The notes under the pieces: model-generated
What the model was told of the DNA's origin: nothing
What the model saw: the letters and a program-made list of their open reading frames with translations, nothing else
Database searches by the model: none
DNA from: a virus
Taxonomy: Duplodnaviria > Caudoviricetes
Direction: 5' to 3' (one strand)
Virus record (IMG/VR): IMGVR_UViG_3300013936_000011
Location: 82,601-146,600 of that record
DNA: 64,000 nt
Part shown: positions 10,601-21,200 of the stretch, one piece after another
Layout: the number at the start of each line of letters is the position of its first letter
How positions within the stretch are numbered: position 1 is the stretch's first letter
Position numbers and translations under genes: made by a program

Positions 10601-12627
10601 AGGGCAATGTTGATTCTGGTATCGTAGGTATGAGATTTGGTAAAAAAACATTCGAACTTAAACTTGACGGTACTTTTAAATTTGGTAATGATTCCAGATA
10701 CATATCTTTTGATGACGAAGGATTAAAAGTATCTGCTATCTATGGTGAAGAAATTAAAGCATATAATCTTGATGTATATAAACGTAGTAAAGATACTGAA
10801 GGCAATTATGTATATGATAACAAGAATAAGACTTTTAGTGTAGATGATGAAGGTAACATATCTATAAAGGCTAATAGCTTTAGTTTAACTCCAACGACTG
10901 CAAATCAACAACAATTAATCAATGGTTTAACAAATAGTTCTACAAATAGCGAAACCAATGGTTTATGGATTAATGATGGCAAATTGAATATCAATGCTGA
11001 TAATATAACTACTGGTAAAATGAGTGCTGGACGAGTAAATATAACTGACGGTTCATTCTTGATAGGAACAGAAGATAAACCTGTATTTTGGATTAAGAAT
11101 AATGATGAAGTAATAATCAAACCTAGTCAATTCTTATTAACAGATATAAATGGCAATACAGTTATAGAAGTAAATGAAAATAAGAAAGTAACTATGAATG
11201 CTAGCTATATAAATACTGGTTCTATAAATGGTAAATTTATAGAAGCTGAAACTATCGATGTTTCACATCTTGTAGCTGGTACAGGTGCAACTAATATTAA
11301 CAATATATTGGATCAAGGCGGTATAGCATGGTCTAGTAAATTTGGTAGTGAAACTTCAGCTACTGCAATAACAGATTGTAAATTAGGATACGATGTAGCT
11401 CAAAACATAACAGATAAATATTCTGTAGGAGGTATTGTTAATGCCGATGAGGTAAACGAAACAGCTTATATAGAAATAGATTTAGGAAATACATATAAAA
11501 TATCTTCTTCAACTATTTATTTTGATACTAGTGCTGCTCCTGATAGTGGTGTTACATATTACTATAAAATTAAATATTCATATAACGGAACTGATTGGTA
11601 TTACATTGTTGGTAATGAATATAGTTCATATCAATCTGGATGGGCTACAGGCATTTTACCTAATCAGATAGCTCCATTGACTAATAATTTTAATGCAGAA
11701 TCTGGTGTTGAATATATAAATGCTCGTTATATTAGATTATGCCTTGGCAATCTTGGAACTGATCCTATTAACATGAAAGTAATATCATGGCATTTATATA
11801 GTTCTGGTAGATCTACGATAATAGACAGCTCTGGTATTACTACAGGTGCAATCAAAGCCGAACAAATTGCAGCAAATAGTATTAGTACGGAACATATCGA
11901 TATACTTGATGATTCATTTACTTTTACAGATAATGATGGAAACACTGTATTCGCTATAACAGAAGTTAATGATAATACTACTGTTGAAATAAGACCAGAT
12001 ACGTTTATATTAAAAGACGATAGCGGTAATGTTGGTGTAAGTCTTAAAGATGGTAAACTAGATATTGATGCTAGCAATATTACAACTGGTAAGTTAAAAG
12101 CTGATTATATACAAGGCGGTACTTTAGACACTTCGGTTATAAAATCAGGCTCTATATCTGGAAATCAGATAGATGCTAGAGAATTAAAAGTAATCAGAGA
12201 TGGCGAAAATGGACAAGTAACTACTTTACAAATAACTAATAATGGTGCTATTTATGCCAATTATGAAGACTTTATGTTAGTATCCAGTGATGGAACTAAA
12301 AACGTAGGAGACTATACAGATGCTCTACGCGATGACATAGAAGAATATATTCGATTTAGTGGAGACACTATCACTCTTGGTAAAGAAATTATGGAAGATG
12401 GTACAGCTAATAAGTTTAAAGCTAAATTAAGTTCTACATCACTTGATTTCATGGAAAATGATGTAGCTGTAGCATCTATATCAAACAACAGAATGTTTAT
12501 TACTAATGCACAAGTTAAGAATGTTTTAACTATTGGTAATTCAGCATCTGGAAATAATGTCGGTGGGTTCTTCGATTGGACTCTAAGACAAAATGGACAT
12601 TTATCATTGAAATGGAGGGCTAATTAA
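7675..12627 (+). CDS. Large tail host-specificity/central fibre protein
   Basis: P..P.DGQLWVDTS motif; CBM-like domain from NLIRNS to WQPHPDD; coiled-coil region; repeated (I)NA..I.TG.I beta-helix motifs; discoidin-like domain (YIEIDLG...YSYNGTDW...ARYIRL); C-terminal YIRF...ITLG...VASISNNRMFITNA...NGHLSLKW. Confidence 0.8.
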   Translation: MISYKALTRASITLQLIDDIGLYDSEIFSSNGLLLQPYDRSTTLTGIIYKNNRDITSEIKDIRWTMWSPDASNYATDEEWNENHKGSNVIEVTSDEIDSKCVIQFEAYKKNKMNEDELIACSHITLVDINDLIAVTEKPDNPYDGQLWVDTSTDPATIWVYKNGKWNRVGTVDAIVKNLIRNSAFTTFTNKYYDVVGSTVLSYTPSVFQRGSYNWLKLQSDVAIDAERGVSYTVFDEDIKTNSDYSFQMLAYATSATSAVDNRINVRICSIDESNTETALYEYKDLEITTDVCKFFTSFKTLPNTKTIKIYITGRNGSVYDFNISHLALYNTANDYPWQPHPDDASLILDQETVFNALTNNGTVKGLYSIRDPKTGQLQIYFNANYIQSGTIKGDRIDARNLTVIRDDGIKTLEITDKGEVNLIVNSFKLSSTGQTIEDFILDSIDLNDSGQLKYLLKQIQKESSEADAIYTELYNTDELKDATYSKETATDLDLSMYTNEASSGQQRARRRSIITPGSDTGEEKLPSFVLGQSKLGYAVLGETGSGNLKTILYNVKRSYNGDTDRLIAKIEERIAEIEKGGKAKTQAIAIYSNDEIIEESTLEDLYTVYIDKYSLLKRVFVICQDAVGIVRLTVVTDRWSKLEVETNQILSEVGEVKKYYAGPEGEEPTLLEAIGSIASEKITPEAIVNIVQNGVVDVDKDPQKVSEIISQTVINQTASDIDMSAENLKQGLKSSFDLSINGIKLGTKDADGNTTLIDMHGDTVQIAAPQIDLSGYVTFSKFGDEFNKNFTTSFDKSFNDSFGKKFDDSFTINLNKAFKGELPDITTINGGLITTNTILGNALVTNTITTDKLAADVLTANNIKTGNLQGTNSKSYFDLDNGTFRLANADKTFLTFDGSKLSFGDVAASDLGILVDDVTGVLPSWVKDWNGRTVEIDNENIVGVRAFLGHKEGTELTGIGLGVDLGTNTGEEEFKGNVDSGIVGMRFGKKTFELKLDGTFKFGNDSRYISFDDEGLKVSAIYGEEIKAYNLDVYKRSKDTEGNYVYDNKNKTFSVDDEGNISIKANSFSLTPTTANQQQLINGLTNSSTNSETNGLWINDGKLNINADNITTGKMSAGRVNITDGSFLIGTEDKPVFWIKNNDEVIIKPSQFLLTDINGNTVIEVNENKKVTMNASYINTGSINGKFIEAETIDVSHLVAGTGATNINNILDQGGIAWSSKFGSETSATAITDCKLGYDVAQNITDKYSVGGIVNADEVNETAYIEIDLGNTYKISSSTIYFDTSAAPDSGVTYYYKIKYSYNGTDWYYIVGNEYSSYQSGWATGILPNQIAPLTNNFNAESGVEYINARYIRLCLGNLGTDPINMKVISWHLYSSGRSTIIDSSGITTGAIKAEQIAANSISTEHIDILDDSFTFTDNDGNTVFAITEVNDNTTVEIRPDTFILKDDSGNVGVSLKDGKLDIDASNITTGKLKADYIQGGTLDTSVIKSGSISGNQIDARELKVIRDGENGQVTTLQITNNGAIYANYEDFMLVSSDGTKNVGDYTDALRDDIEEYIRFSGDTITLGKEIMEDGTANKFKAKLSSTSLDFMENDVAVASISNNRMFITNAQVKNVLTIGNSASGNNVGGFFDWTLRQNGHLSLKWRAN

Positions 12628-15032
12628 TGAGTACATCATGCAAATTGACGGTAACAGAAACTAGCGTCGACCAAGCGAATAATAAGAGTACTATATCAGT
12701 AAAGCTTACTGCAACAACTACTGGACAATCGCACAATAATTATACATCAGGATCCTATTTCCCTAAAGGCACTATCACTGTAAATGGTACTTCGTATAGC
12801 ATAGGACGTACATTGCCATATAACTCTACTGTTACTTTATATAATAAATCTCACACTATAACACATAACTCTGACGGGAGTAAGAGCGTAACTGTTAAAT
12901 ATAGTTTCAATACACATATATATGATGGAACATTAACAGGCAGTAAGACTTTAAAACTAACAGATATATCGATAGATAAAAAATCGACACCAACTGCTAG
13001 CTCAAGTAGTGTTTATATTGGCAGTTCTATAACTATAGATATGAATCCATATATGAGTTCATACACTCATTCAATAAGCTATAAATTTAATGGTGGCACT
13101 ACAAATATGACTAGTGGACTTAGTGCAACAAGTGGAATTAAGGACTCATGTACATTCACACCTCCATCAAGTTTATTGAATTATATGGACCCGGATTCTA
13201 CATCAGCTAATGCAGTGTTTACTGTAAATACTTATAAATCTAGTGGAACATTAATTGGTTCAAGTACATTTACGGTTGCAGTTAAAACATCTGCTACTTC
13301 TTATCCTCCTGTTATGGGAAGCATTTCTGCTTCTGTATATAATAATGGTTCACCGTTTAGTAATATATATGTTAAAAATTATAATGGCGTTAAATTATCT
13401 TTTAGCGCCACTGCTCAGCAAAATGCTGGTATTGTTTCTTATAAAATAACAGGTGGTGGAGTCAATACCACAGTTACTAGCAATACATATACAATACCTA
13501 AATTAATATCATCAGGTAGCATAACTTATACTGTTACTGCTACTGATACTAGAGGTGCTACTTGTTCTGGTAGCGTTAAAATAACAGTTAATACATATTC
13601 TCCTCCTTCTATAAATAACGTAACTACTGTACGTTGCGACCAAAATGGCACTCCGGCGGATGACGGAAAATATATTAAAGCAGATGTATCTGCTACGTAC
13701 AGCAATATAGGAAACAATCAAAGTGGTTCTATAATAGTCAAAATACAATATGCATCAAACGGTGGAAGCTATAATTCAGGAAATAATTTAACTGTTAGTA
13801 AAAGTTCTGGTACTGCTATGGCTACAGGAATAATTGGCGGAAGTCTTAGCGATGGATCTTATAATGTTTTATACACTATAACTGATGCATATAATAAACA
13901 AACAACTTATGAAGATATACTAAGTACTATGTTCTATGTTCTAGATATAAATTCTGGCGGAACAAGTGTTGGTATAGGTGCAGCAGCTAGTGATGCTAAT
14001 CACGTATTAACTATAGGGATGGAGCAGATAGTTTTCCCTAATACTACTTCTTTAGATTTAGGTGTTAGTGGACTCGATTTTGCTTCTGATACATTCCAAA
14101 TAACAAGTAAAGACACTACATTAAATAACACTTCTTTAGCATTAAACAATACTTCTTTAACGTTAAAGAATAAAAACACAACTTTAAATAGCACTGTCAG
14201 CATGACATTAGATGCAACTACTTTGAATTTAGATTCTACTGCTATGAATATAAATTCAACTAGTGTAACTTCAAGTGCTGAATTTTTAGAATATACGAAA
14301 TCTTTGACTATAACTTCAAGCGGTATAACTATAAATAATAATGGCATTAATGATATACAGTTTAATTCTGATTATGTACGTATAAAAGAAGGCGCAACGT
14401 TAGCTGCAGTTGGTTGGGCAAGTAGCGGATCTACTTCAACTAATAGTTTTAATTTAGGACGTATATATTGCGAAAGCGGAATTGATATGCCAAATAATAT
14501 AGCTTACAGATGTATCAATAGTACAGATGCAATACTGCCTTGTATGTTTATAAACGCTTCTAATTATTGTTTCTTAAGTCATAACGATTTAACTGGTACA
14601 GTTTTGCGTGGCAAGACTGTTAAGTTATCAAGTGCTTCAGGTACTACCGTAACTTCAGACGAAAGGGTTAAGAAGGATTTCAAAACACTTGAAGGATATG
14701 AAGATTTCTTTATGAGTTTAAAGCCTATAGCATATAAATATCTGACAGGAACTAGTGACAGATATCATGTAGGATTTAAAGCACAAGACGTTAAAAGTTC
14801 ATTAGAAAATAATAAGCTTACTACTCAAGACTTTGGAGGTTATGTTGAGACAGATCCTGATACAGATTTTTATATGGAAACTTTAGGATATGATCCATTT
14901 GATGGAGGTAAAATGTGCGCATTATCTTATGAAGAGTTTGTAGGTTTGGCTGTATATATGATTCAAAAACAACATGACCAAATTGAAGAATTAAAAGATC
15001 GTGTTGCAGTATTAGAAAGAGGTGATAACTAA
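12627..15032 (+). CDS. Tail spike/minor tail protein (DUF859-like) with C-terminal peptidase S74 intramolecular chaperone
   Basis: N-terminal SVDQANNKS...ITHNSDGSKS; ATDTRG, YSPPSI, RCDQNGT motifs; C-terminal SDERVKKD...LKPIAYKY...HVGFKAQDV...LSYEEF plus coiled coil. Confidence 0.85.
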   Translation: MSTSCKLTVTETSVDQANNKSTISVKLTATTTGQSHNNYTSGSYFPKGTITVNGTSYSIGRTLPYNSTVTLYNKSHTITHNSDGSKSVTVKYSFNTHIYDGTLTGSKTLKLTDISIDKKSTPTASSSSVYIGSSITIDMNPYMSSYTHSISYKFNGGTTNMTSGLSATSGIKDSCTFTPPSSLLNYMDPDSTSANAVFTVNTYKSSGTLIGSSTFTVAVKTSATSYPPVMGSISASVYNNGSPFSNIYVKNYNGVKLSFSATAQQNAGIVSYKITGGGVNTTVTSNTYTIPKLISSGSITYTVTATDTRGATCSGSVKITVNTYSPPSINNVTTVRCDQNGTPADDGKYIKADVSATYSNIGNNQSGSIIVKIQYASNGGSYNSGNNLTVSKSSGTAMATGIIGGSLSDGSYNVLYTITDAYNKQTTYEDILSTMFYVLDINSGGTSVGIGAAASDANHVLTIGMEQIVFPNTTSLDLGVSGLDFASDTFQITSKDTTLNNTSLALNNTSLTLKNKNTTLNSTVSMTLDATTLNLDSTAMNINSTSVTSSAEFLEYTKSLTITSSGITINNNGINDIQFNSDYVRIKEGATLAAVGWASSGSTSTNSFNLGRIYCESGIDMPNNIAYRCINSTDAILPCMFINASNYCFLSHNDLTGTVLRGKTVKLSSASGTTVTSDERVKKDFKTLEGYEDFFMSLKPIAYKYLTGTSDRYHVGFKAQDVKSSLENNKLTTQDFGGYVETDPDTDFYMETLGYDPFDGGKMCALSYEEFVGLAVYMIQKQHDQIEELKDRVAVLERGDN

Positions 15033-15586
15033 TGACTGAGTATACTCTATCAGATTTTAAAAATCTTAATTTCGTCGACGGCAACATATTAAATGCTTAT
15101 GAGATGAATATTTTAAAACAATTCGTTTCTACTGCATATCAAGCAACTCTTACTCAATTAGCTGTCAATAACATTCATGTTGGACCAGAACCACCTACTC
15201 AAGAACAGTACGGTGAAAACTATAAAAACATGTTATGGATTGATACTAATGATAATGCTGATGCTGGTATTGACGATTCTACAATGGGAATTATATCTGA
15301 TTTAACAGATACAGTACAAAACCTAAGTAAACAACTAGAAGAGTTACAAAGACAACTTGCATTGATAATTGCAGGTGGTGGAGGCACAGGACCTATCAGC
15401 AAGCTCAATGATTGTCTTGAATTGGAAGACGGAAGTTTATTCACGCTTGAAGATGGTAGCTTCTTGAAACTTGAATTTGCCTCTAAACCTGATGACGATA
15501 AAGATTTATCTTTTGAAGGTTGCGGTTTAGCTTTAGAAGATGGATCAATAATGATTACAGAAGATGGTTATATTTTATTGCTTTAA
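15032..15586 (+). CDS. Small fibre adaptor-like protein
   Basis: 184 aa built of short motifs: F.DG.IL.A.EMN, GPEPP...LWIDT, coiled coil, GGGG, and two LEDGS...EDG..L.L motifs. Confidence 0.7.
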   Translation: MTEYTLSDFKNLNFVDGNILNAYEMNILKQFVSTAYQATLTQLAVNNIHVGPEPPTQEQYGENYKNMLWIDTNDNADAGIDDSTMGIISDLTDTVQNLSKQLEELQRQLALIIAGGGGTGPISKLNDCLELEDGSLFTLEDGSFLKLEFASKPDDDKDLSFEGCGLALEDGSIMITEDGYILLL

Positions 15587-15611
15587 TCATTATTTTAAAT
15601 GCTAAAGGACA

Positions 15612-15618
15612 AGTAATA
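15612..15618 (+). promoter_or_regulatory. Putative late promoter motif AGTAATA (internal, no terminator seen upstream)
   Basis: Same motif and similar distance to the RBS as the other copies. Confidence 0.5.
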
Positions 15619-15641
15619 TTTTTAAGAATGGAGGCGATATA

Positions 15642-18197
15642 ATGGCAACTGAAACTAAAAAATTAAGTGCGTTAACAGAAGTAATTACTGTTAATGATAA
15701 TGACTATTTGCTTATCGTACAAAACGGTGATAGCAAAAAAGTACAAGCTAGTAAGCTACAAGGTGCCAAGAATTTAAGCGAAAAATATGTTGATTTAGTA
15801 TCAACTGATAATACTGATAAGAAATTTAGAATGATATTAAGAGACGATGGTGAACCTATCGTTTATCCAATGGAAGTATTTACTGCTGAAGGTTGGAAAC
15901 AAGGTGACAATTTAAACGTGCCTTTTAAAACTGCAGCTGGCTCAGGTATGGCAAAAGTAGCAACTGCTGATATAGAAACTTTATTTATAAATCAAATGTA
16001 TGGTGGAGGTACAGGTACTGCAGGTACTGTAGAAACTTCTGTTAGCCATAGCTTTGTTGAATTATACAATAATAGTGAAGTAGACATAAATCTTAAAGGA
16101 TTATATTTAAACTATAAAGCTAAATCAGGTACATGGCAATCATTACCTTTAAGAGGTATAATACCAGCTCACTGTTCTTTCTTAGTAAGAGGCGGAGCTC
16201 ATTATAATATAAATAGCGACTTAGTAAGACTTAAAATAAAAGATTATGATCAAAGCTGGGATATACAATTTTCTGATGAAGGTTTTTCTATGTATCTATC
16301 AATAGGAGAATGCGCTGAAGAAACTCCTGTTAAATTCACTAAAAGTAGTACAGATAATAAAATAATATCAGCTAATCAACAATGGGTTGATGTAATAGGA
16401 GCTGGCGGGTTAACTAGTGAACAAACAGTCCCTCTATATGATGGAGAACAGTTTATTATGGGTATGAGTAGAAATACTGCTGTACGTAGAAAAACATTTT
16501 TTAATAATAGTACTAGTTTATCTAATTGCGAAATAATTGATTACAAAACATGTAACGTTGATGCGTACAGACCTAGATGTACAAGAGATGGAGTCTGGAA
16601 AGAAAATGTAAGTGAAACACAAATAAAAAGCGATATACCTAATATAGTAAATATGAGTTTTGGTAAAGATGAATTTACTAGAACATTTACTTGGCAATCA
16701 ACAGATTTCGATAAAGGCTTTTTAAAATATAAAAAAGAAGGAGACAAAGAATGGACTAAAGTAGAAGCTGAATCTGATGTTATAAGCCAATATGACAAAC
16801 AAGTGCAAGTTCATCATGTTATAATAAGAAACTTAACTCCTGGTACTTATTATTACAAAGTAGGTACTACAGGATACTACAGTGATGAAGAAGCATTCGA
16901 CGTTAAAGATTATTCTACAGATGGTTTTAAATTTTTATGGACTACAGACCAACAAGGATGGAATGGATTCGAATATGATATGTGGGACGAAGCATTTAAA
17001 GGTATTAAATACTATGAATATACTGATGGTGTTCCTAACTTTGATTTTCATATGAATACAGGAGATATGTCACAAAATGGTAACAGATATTTTGAATGGA
17101 AATACTATTTTGATTATGCTGACGATACTGTTAAGAATATGCCTCATGTATGTACTATAGGAAACAATGACCTTGTTGAAAAGAAATACGGTTATGTATT
17201 TGATTACTATAATACATTAGATGATGCTCCAAGATTAGCAGATGTGAGTCCATACGATAAATTTGCTACAACTGGATATGGTTCTCCAGCTGAAGAAAGA
17301 AATGAAAAGATGGTATCAACTTGCAGCTATACTCTTGGTGGATTCTGTCACTTCATAAATCTTAATTCTAATACTGAATATATGTATGAAGGATTAAATA
17401 CAGATCAATTCTTAACTAAAGAATGCGCATTCCTAGAAAAAGACTTACAAGAAGTAGCAGCTAAGCGTGCTAGTGGAGAAATAAAATGGGTTATAATCTA
17501 TATGCATCTTTCTCCTATGACAATAGTTAGAACAAAGAGATTACAAAGATTCATACCTATAATTGAAAAGTATAAAGTAGATCTTGTTTTATGCGGACAT
17601 AACCATACTTATTCTAGAAGTATACCTGTATATAGCGGATATATGGGAGACATAGCATATGATGGTAAAGGTAAATACACTACATCTCCTTATAACGATT
17701 ATGTAACTAAAGTATCAACAGGTTCAAGTGAGTTATTATTAGTAGACGAAACTCAAAGCGATGGTTCTGATATTAATAGAAAACCTGATAAAGTTAATGG
17801 TACACATTATATTATGCTTCAAGCTGCTGGATATAAACTTAGCGGTAAAGAAAAAGCAATAATATTCTCTGAAAGTCAAATAGATGCTAAACACATGTCA
17901 CGTAATTGGGAAGAAGATCCTAACGGTGCTACTACAGTACTTAGACCATGGTGGTATAGCTATGCAGGTAAATTACCTGTTCAACCTACATATGCAATGC
18001 TTAATGTTACTCCAGAACAAATAGAATATACTGGTTATTATTTTACAGACTTATCTGTTAAGGATCCAGACACAGGACTTGTTATACAACCTAAGTTTGA
18101 TTCTACTAAAAACGGTAGAGCTCAATTCGATCATCTTGTTATCACATATGCAGAAAGACATCCTAGCGAAACTGAATCTGATAACACTACAGAATAG
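15642..18197 (+). CDS. Lamin-tail-domain + FN3 + purple-acid-phosphatase-like metallophosphoesterase, probably virion-associated
   Basis: LTD signature INQMYGGG...SFVELYN...INLKGLYL; PAP N-terminal FN3 (HHVIIRNLTPGTYYYKVG); motifs TDQQ, TGDM, GNND, MH, LCGHNHTY; fibre-type N-terminus KKLSALT...DYLLIVQNG. Confidence 0.8.
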   Translation: MATETKKLSALTEVITVNDNDYLLIVQNGDSKKVQASKLQGAKNLSEKYVDLVSTDNTDKKFRMILRDDGEPIVYPMEVFTAEGWKQGDNLNVPFKTAAGSGMAKVATADIETLFINQMYGGGTGTAGTVETSVSHSFVELYNNSEVDINLKGLYLNYKAKSGTWQSLPLRGIIPAHCSFLVRGGAHYNINSDLVRLKIKDYDQSWDIQFSDEGFSMYLSIGECAEETPVKFTKSSTDNKIISANQQWVDVIGAGGLTSEQTVPLYDGEQFIMGMSRNTAVRRKTFFNNSTSLSNCEIIDYKTCNVDAYRPRCTRDGVWKENVSETQIKSDIPNIVNMSFGKDEFTRTFTWQSTDFDKGFLKYKKEGDKEWTKVEAESDVISQYDKQVQVHHVIIRNLTPGTYYYKVGTTGYYSDEEAFDVKDYSTDGFKFLWTTDQQGWNGFEYDMWDEAFKGIKYYEYTDGVPNFDFHMNTGDMSQNGNRYFEWKYYFDYADDTVKNMPHVCTIGNNDLVEKKYGYVFDYYNTLDDAPRLADVSPYDKFATTGYGSPAEERNEKMVSTCSYTLGGFCHFINLNSNTEYMYEGLNTDQFLTKECAFLEKDLQEVAAKRASGEIKWVIIYMHLSPMTIVRTKRLQRFIPIIEKYKVDLVLCGHNHTYSRSIPVYSGYMGDIAYDGKGKYTTSPYNDYVTKVSTGSSELLLVDETQSDGSDINRKPDKVNGTHYIMLQAAGYKLSGKEKAIIFSESQIDAKHMSRNWEEDPNGATTVLRPWWYSYAGKLPVQPTYAMLNVTPEQIEYTGYYFTDLSVKDPDTGLVIQPKFDSTKNGRAQFDHLVITYAERHPSETESDNTTE

Positions 18198-18208
18198 GAG
18201 TGATGTAA

Positions 18209-21200
18209 ATGTCTATTAAATACCATAACGACAAGACTGGCAAATGGGAAATCATCGCTTCTAACAAAGCTTCTGATATAGCGATTAATGATAATGAAAG
18301 TAATTTTGATTCTAATAATGTAGAAGGAGCTTTAAAGGAAGTTGGTGGATTAGCAAAAGCCAATAATATAAAATTAAGTGAAATAGACGGAAGAGTACAA
18401 TACATAGAAGAACATGGAACTACAGGGGGCGGCGGTAGCGGAGGCGGCGCCCTTCCTACTATAACTTCAGAATATAGTGCTACTATAATAGATGCCAATG
18501 AAGAACAAATAATAAAAATATTCTTTTCTTCTCCTAATCTAGGAAGCGGTACTTGTTATATAGTATGTAATGATATAGAATTATTAACCGTTCCAGTTGA
18601 CCAAGGATATAATAATATAACTATACCAGCTCTTGGTAGCGGTACATTTAAATTATCTTTATATGTAAAAGACAGAGCTGGATTATTATCTAATACTTTA
18701 AACTGGAATTTAACAGCAGGTGGATTAACTGCTACTTTAACTATGAATACTAGTCTAGACTATTCAATTACTGATAGAATTCTTATGACTTATAATGTTG
18801 AATATTCATTAGATGATGAGATAACAATGTATTTAACAGTTGATTATGATGATTATACAGTCATTTGTTCTAAAGGATATAACAGTTATAATTTGACAGG
18901 CCTAGGAGTTGGGATACATAAAGTATCATTCTATCTTAAAGCTGGACCATATTCTACAAAAACTCAAACATTTAATGTTGTAGTAGTTAATACAGAAGAC
19001 TTATATGTATCTTCTACTACTGATTCAAAATTAAGTATGGAAGAGGGAGATCCATTATCTATTAACTATCGTATATCTAAAAAGAGTGCTGAATATTTTG
19101 ATGTACAGATTACTGTAGACGATAAATTAGTATCACAAAGACAAAGTATAGTTGGTAACTATTATTATAACAATAATACATTGCCAATAGGTACCCATGT
19201 AATTAAGATATCTGTCACTTCAGAAAGTGGCGAATCTTCAGAACTTGTATTTAATGTTGAAATAACTGCAGGTTCTTATATTAGAAAACAAATAGTTACT
19301 GGTGGGCTAATTGCTAACTGGGATGCTACAGGTTTATCTAATCAAGATGCTAATAAAACTAAATGGGTAGATAAAGTAAGTGGTATAGAAGGTGAATTAT
19401 ACAACTTTAACTATTCATCTAATGGATGGATAACTGATAATGATACTAACGAAACATATCTAGCATGCAATGGTAACACGTACGTTAAAATACCATATGC
19501 TCCTTTTGCAAATAATGTTACAACAGGATTTACTATAGATATATTATTTAGAACTAGAGACGTCGGAGATATAGATGCTCGTGTTCTTGATATAACAGAC
19601 ACACTTGCTCCTTACAAAGGAGTTTATATAGATACACAAAATGCTCATTTAATATCTGCTATTCATGATATTAATTCAGCTGTTGGTGATGACGAATGGA
19701 CACGTGTAACGTATGTAATAGATAGACTTAATAAGTTTGGTAAAATATATATCAATGCAATATTAAGTTCAGCATTTTATTTAACAGATGATTCTAGTGG
19801 TAGTTCTATTAGATATGAAGATTTTATGCATAATGAGTATATCTATTTAAATAGTTTTAAAGGTACAGGACACTATGGTTCTTGTGAGATAAGATGTTTA
19901 AGACTATACGAAAGAGAACTTAATGATGAAGAAGTACTACAAAATCATATAGCCGATATAGTAAATACAGCTGAACAAAAAGCAAAATATGATTTCAACT
20001 ATAATAACAATGGCATTCCTAAGATGTATTTCTGGGGAGATACTACTGAAATGTCATTAACACAAAAGAAAACTATGCGTATAAAATACGTATCTCCTAA
20101 TAATGAAGAATACGGCGAAAGCTTTGATTATCCTTATTGCAAAGTATACTGGCAAGGTACATCTTCACTTACTTATGTAAGAAAGAATTATAATATAGAA
20201 TTGTTTGATGAAGACCAGAGAGCAATAAAATATACTCCTTTTAAAACTGGTAAAGCAGAAAATGTTCTATGTTTAAAAGTTAACTACATGGAAAGTTCAA
20301 ACGTAAATAACGTAGGACTTGCTGAGTTTGCTAATAACGGATTATATTCTAAGAAGAATCCTGCACAAGAATTGGATCCAGATGTGAGACAAACTATAAC
20401 AGGTTTCCCTATCTTAGTATATATCAATGATGAATGTATGGGACTATATGATTTCAACTTAGATAGATATAGTACTAACTCATTCGGATATGACCTAATC
20501 GATGAAACATTAGCATATGAAGTTTCAGCTAATACAGATGCTACAGCTGGTGCATTTAATAAATGGACTTCTGCTAGTGGACAAGGTAAAATAGATTATT
20601 ATGCTTCAGACTTTGAAGTAATTTATCCACCTTCTAAGATGAATGGTAATGATGATTATGCAGATTTAATAACTTTAATAGAATTTGTTAGTGATGCAGA
20701 TGATGAGTATTTTAAAGCTAAGTTTGATGAATTCTTTGACAGGGAATCTGTATTTAGATATTTATTATTTGTATTAGTATTTGGTATGGTCGATTCACTT
20801 GGTAAGAACATGAAGCTCGTTACTTTCGATAGAAAGAAATGGTACATACAATTATACGACTTAGATACAGCTATGGGTCTTGACAATACTGGTGCTTTAA
20901 CATTTGATGTTGATATAGAAATAGAAAAAGGTACATTCAATACTTCTACATCTCAATTATGGACTAAAATATTAAGAGTATTTGAAGCAGAATTAAAACA
21001 AGAATATGCTAGTATGAGAAACGAACAGTTCACTCTTAAAAACATAATGCATTATATATATGATGAACAAATGTCTAAGATACCTGAAGTTTATTATAAT
21101 GAAGCTGCACAAGTTAGATATTTAGACTTTGGCGGTAAATTCTTATATGCATTACACGGTAGTAGAGAATATCAAATCAAAAGATGGATTAGAGAAAGAT

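Noticed and set aside
14110-14270. 21-nt quasi-tandem repeats
   Set aside because: They encode ordinary 7-residue beta-helix repeats of the tail spike, not a separate DNA element.
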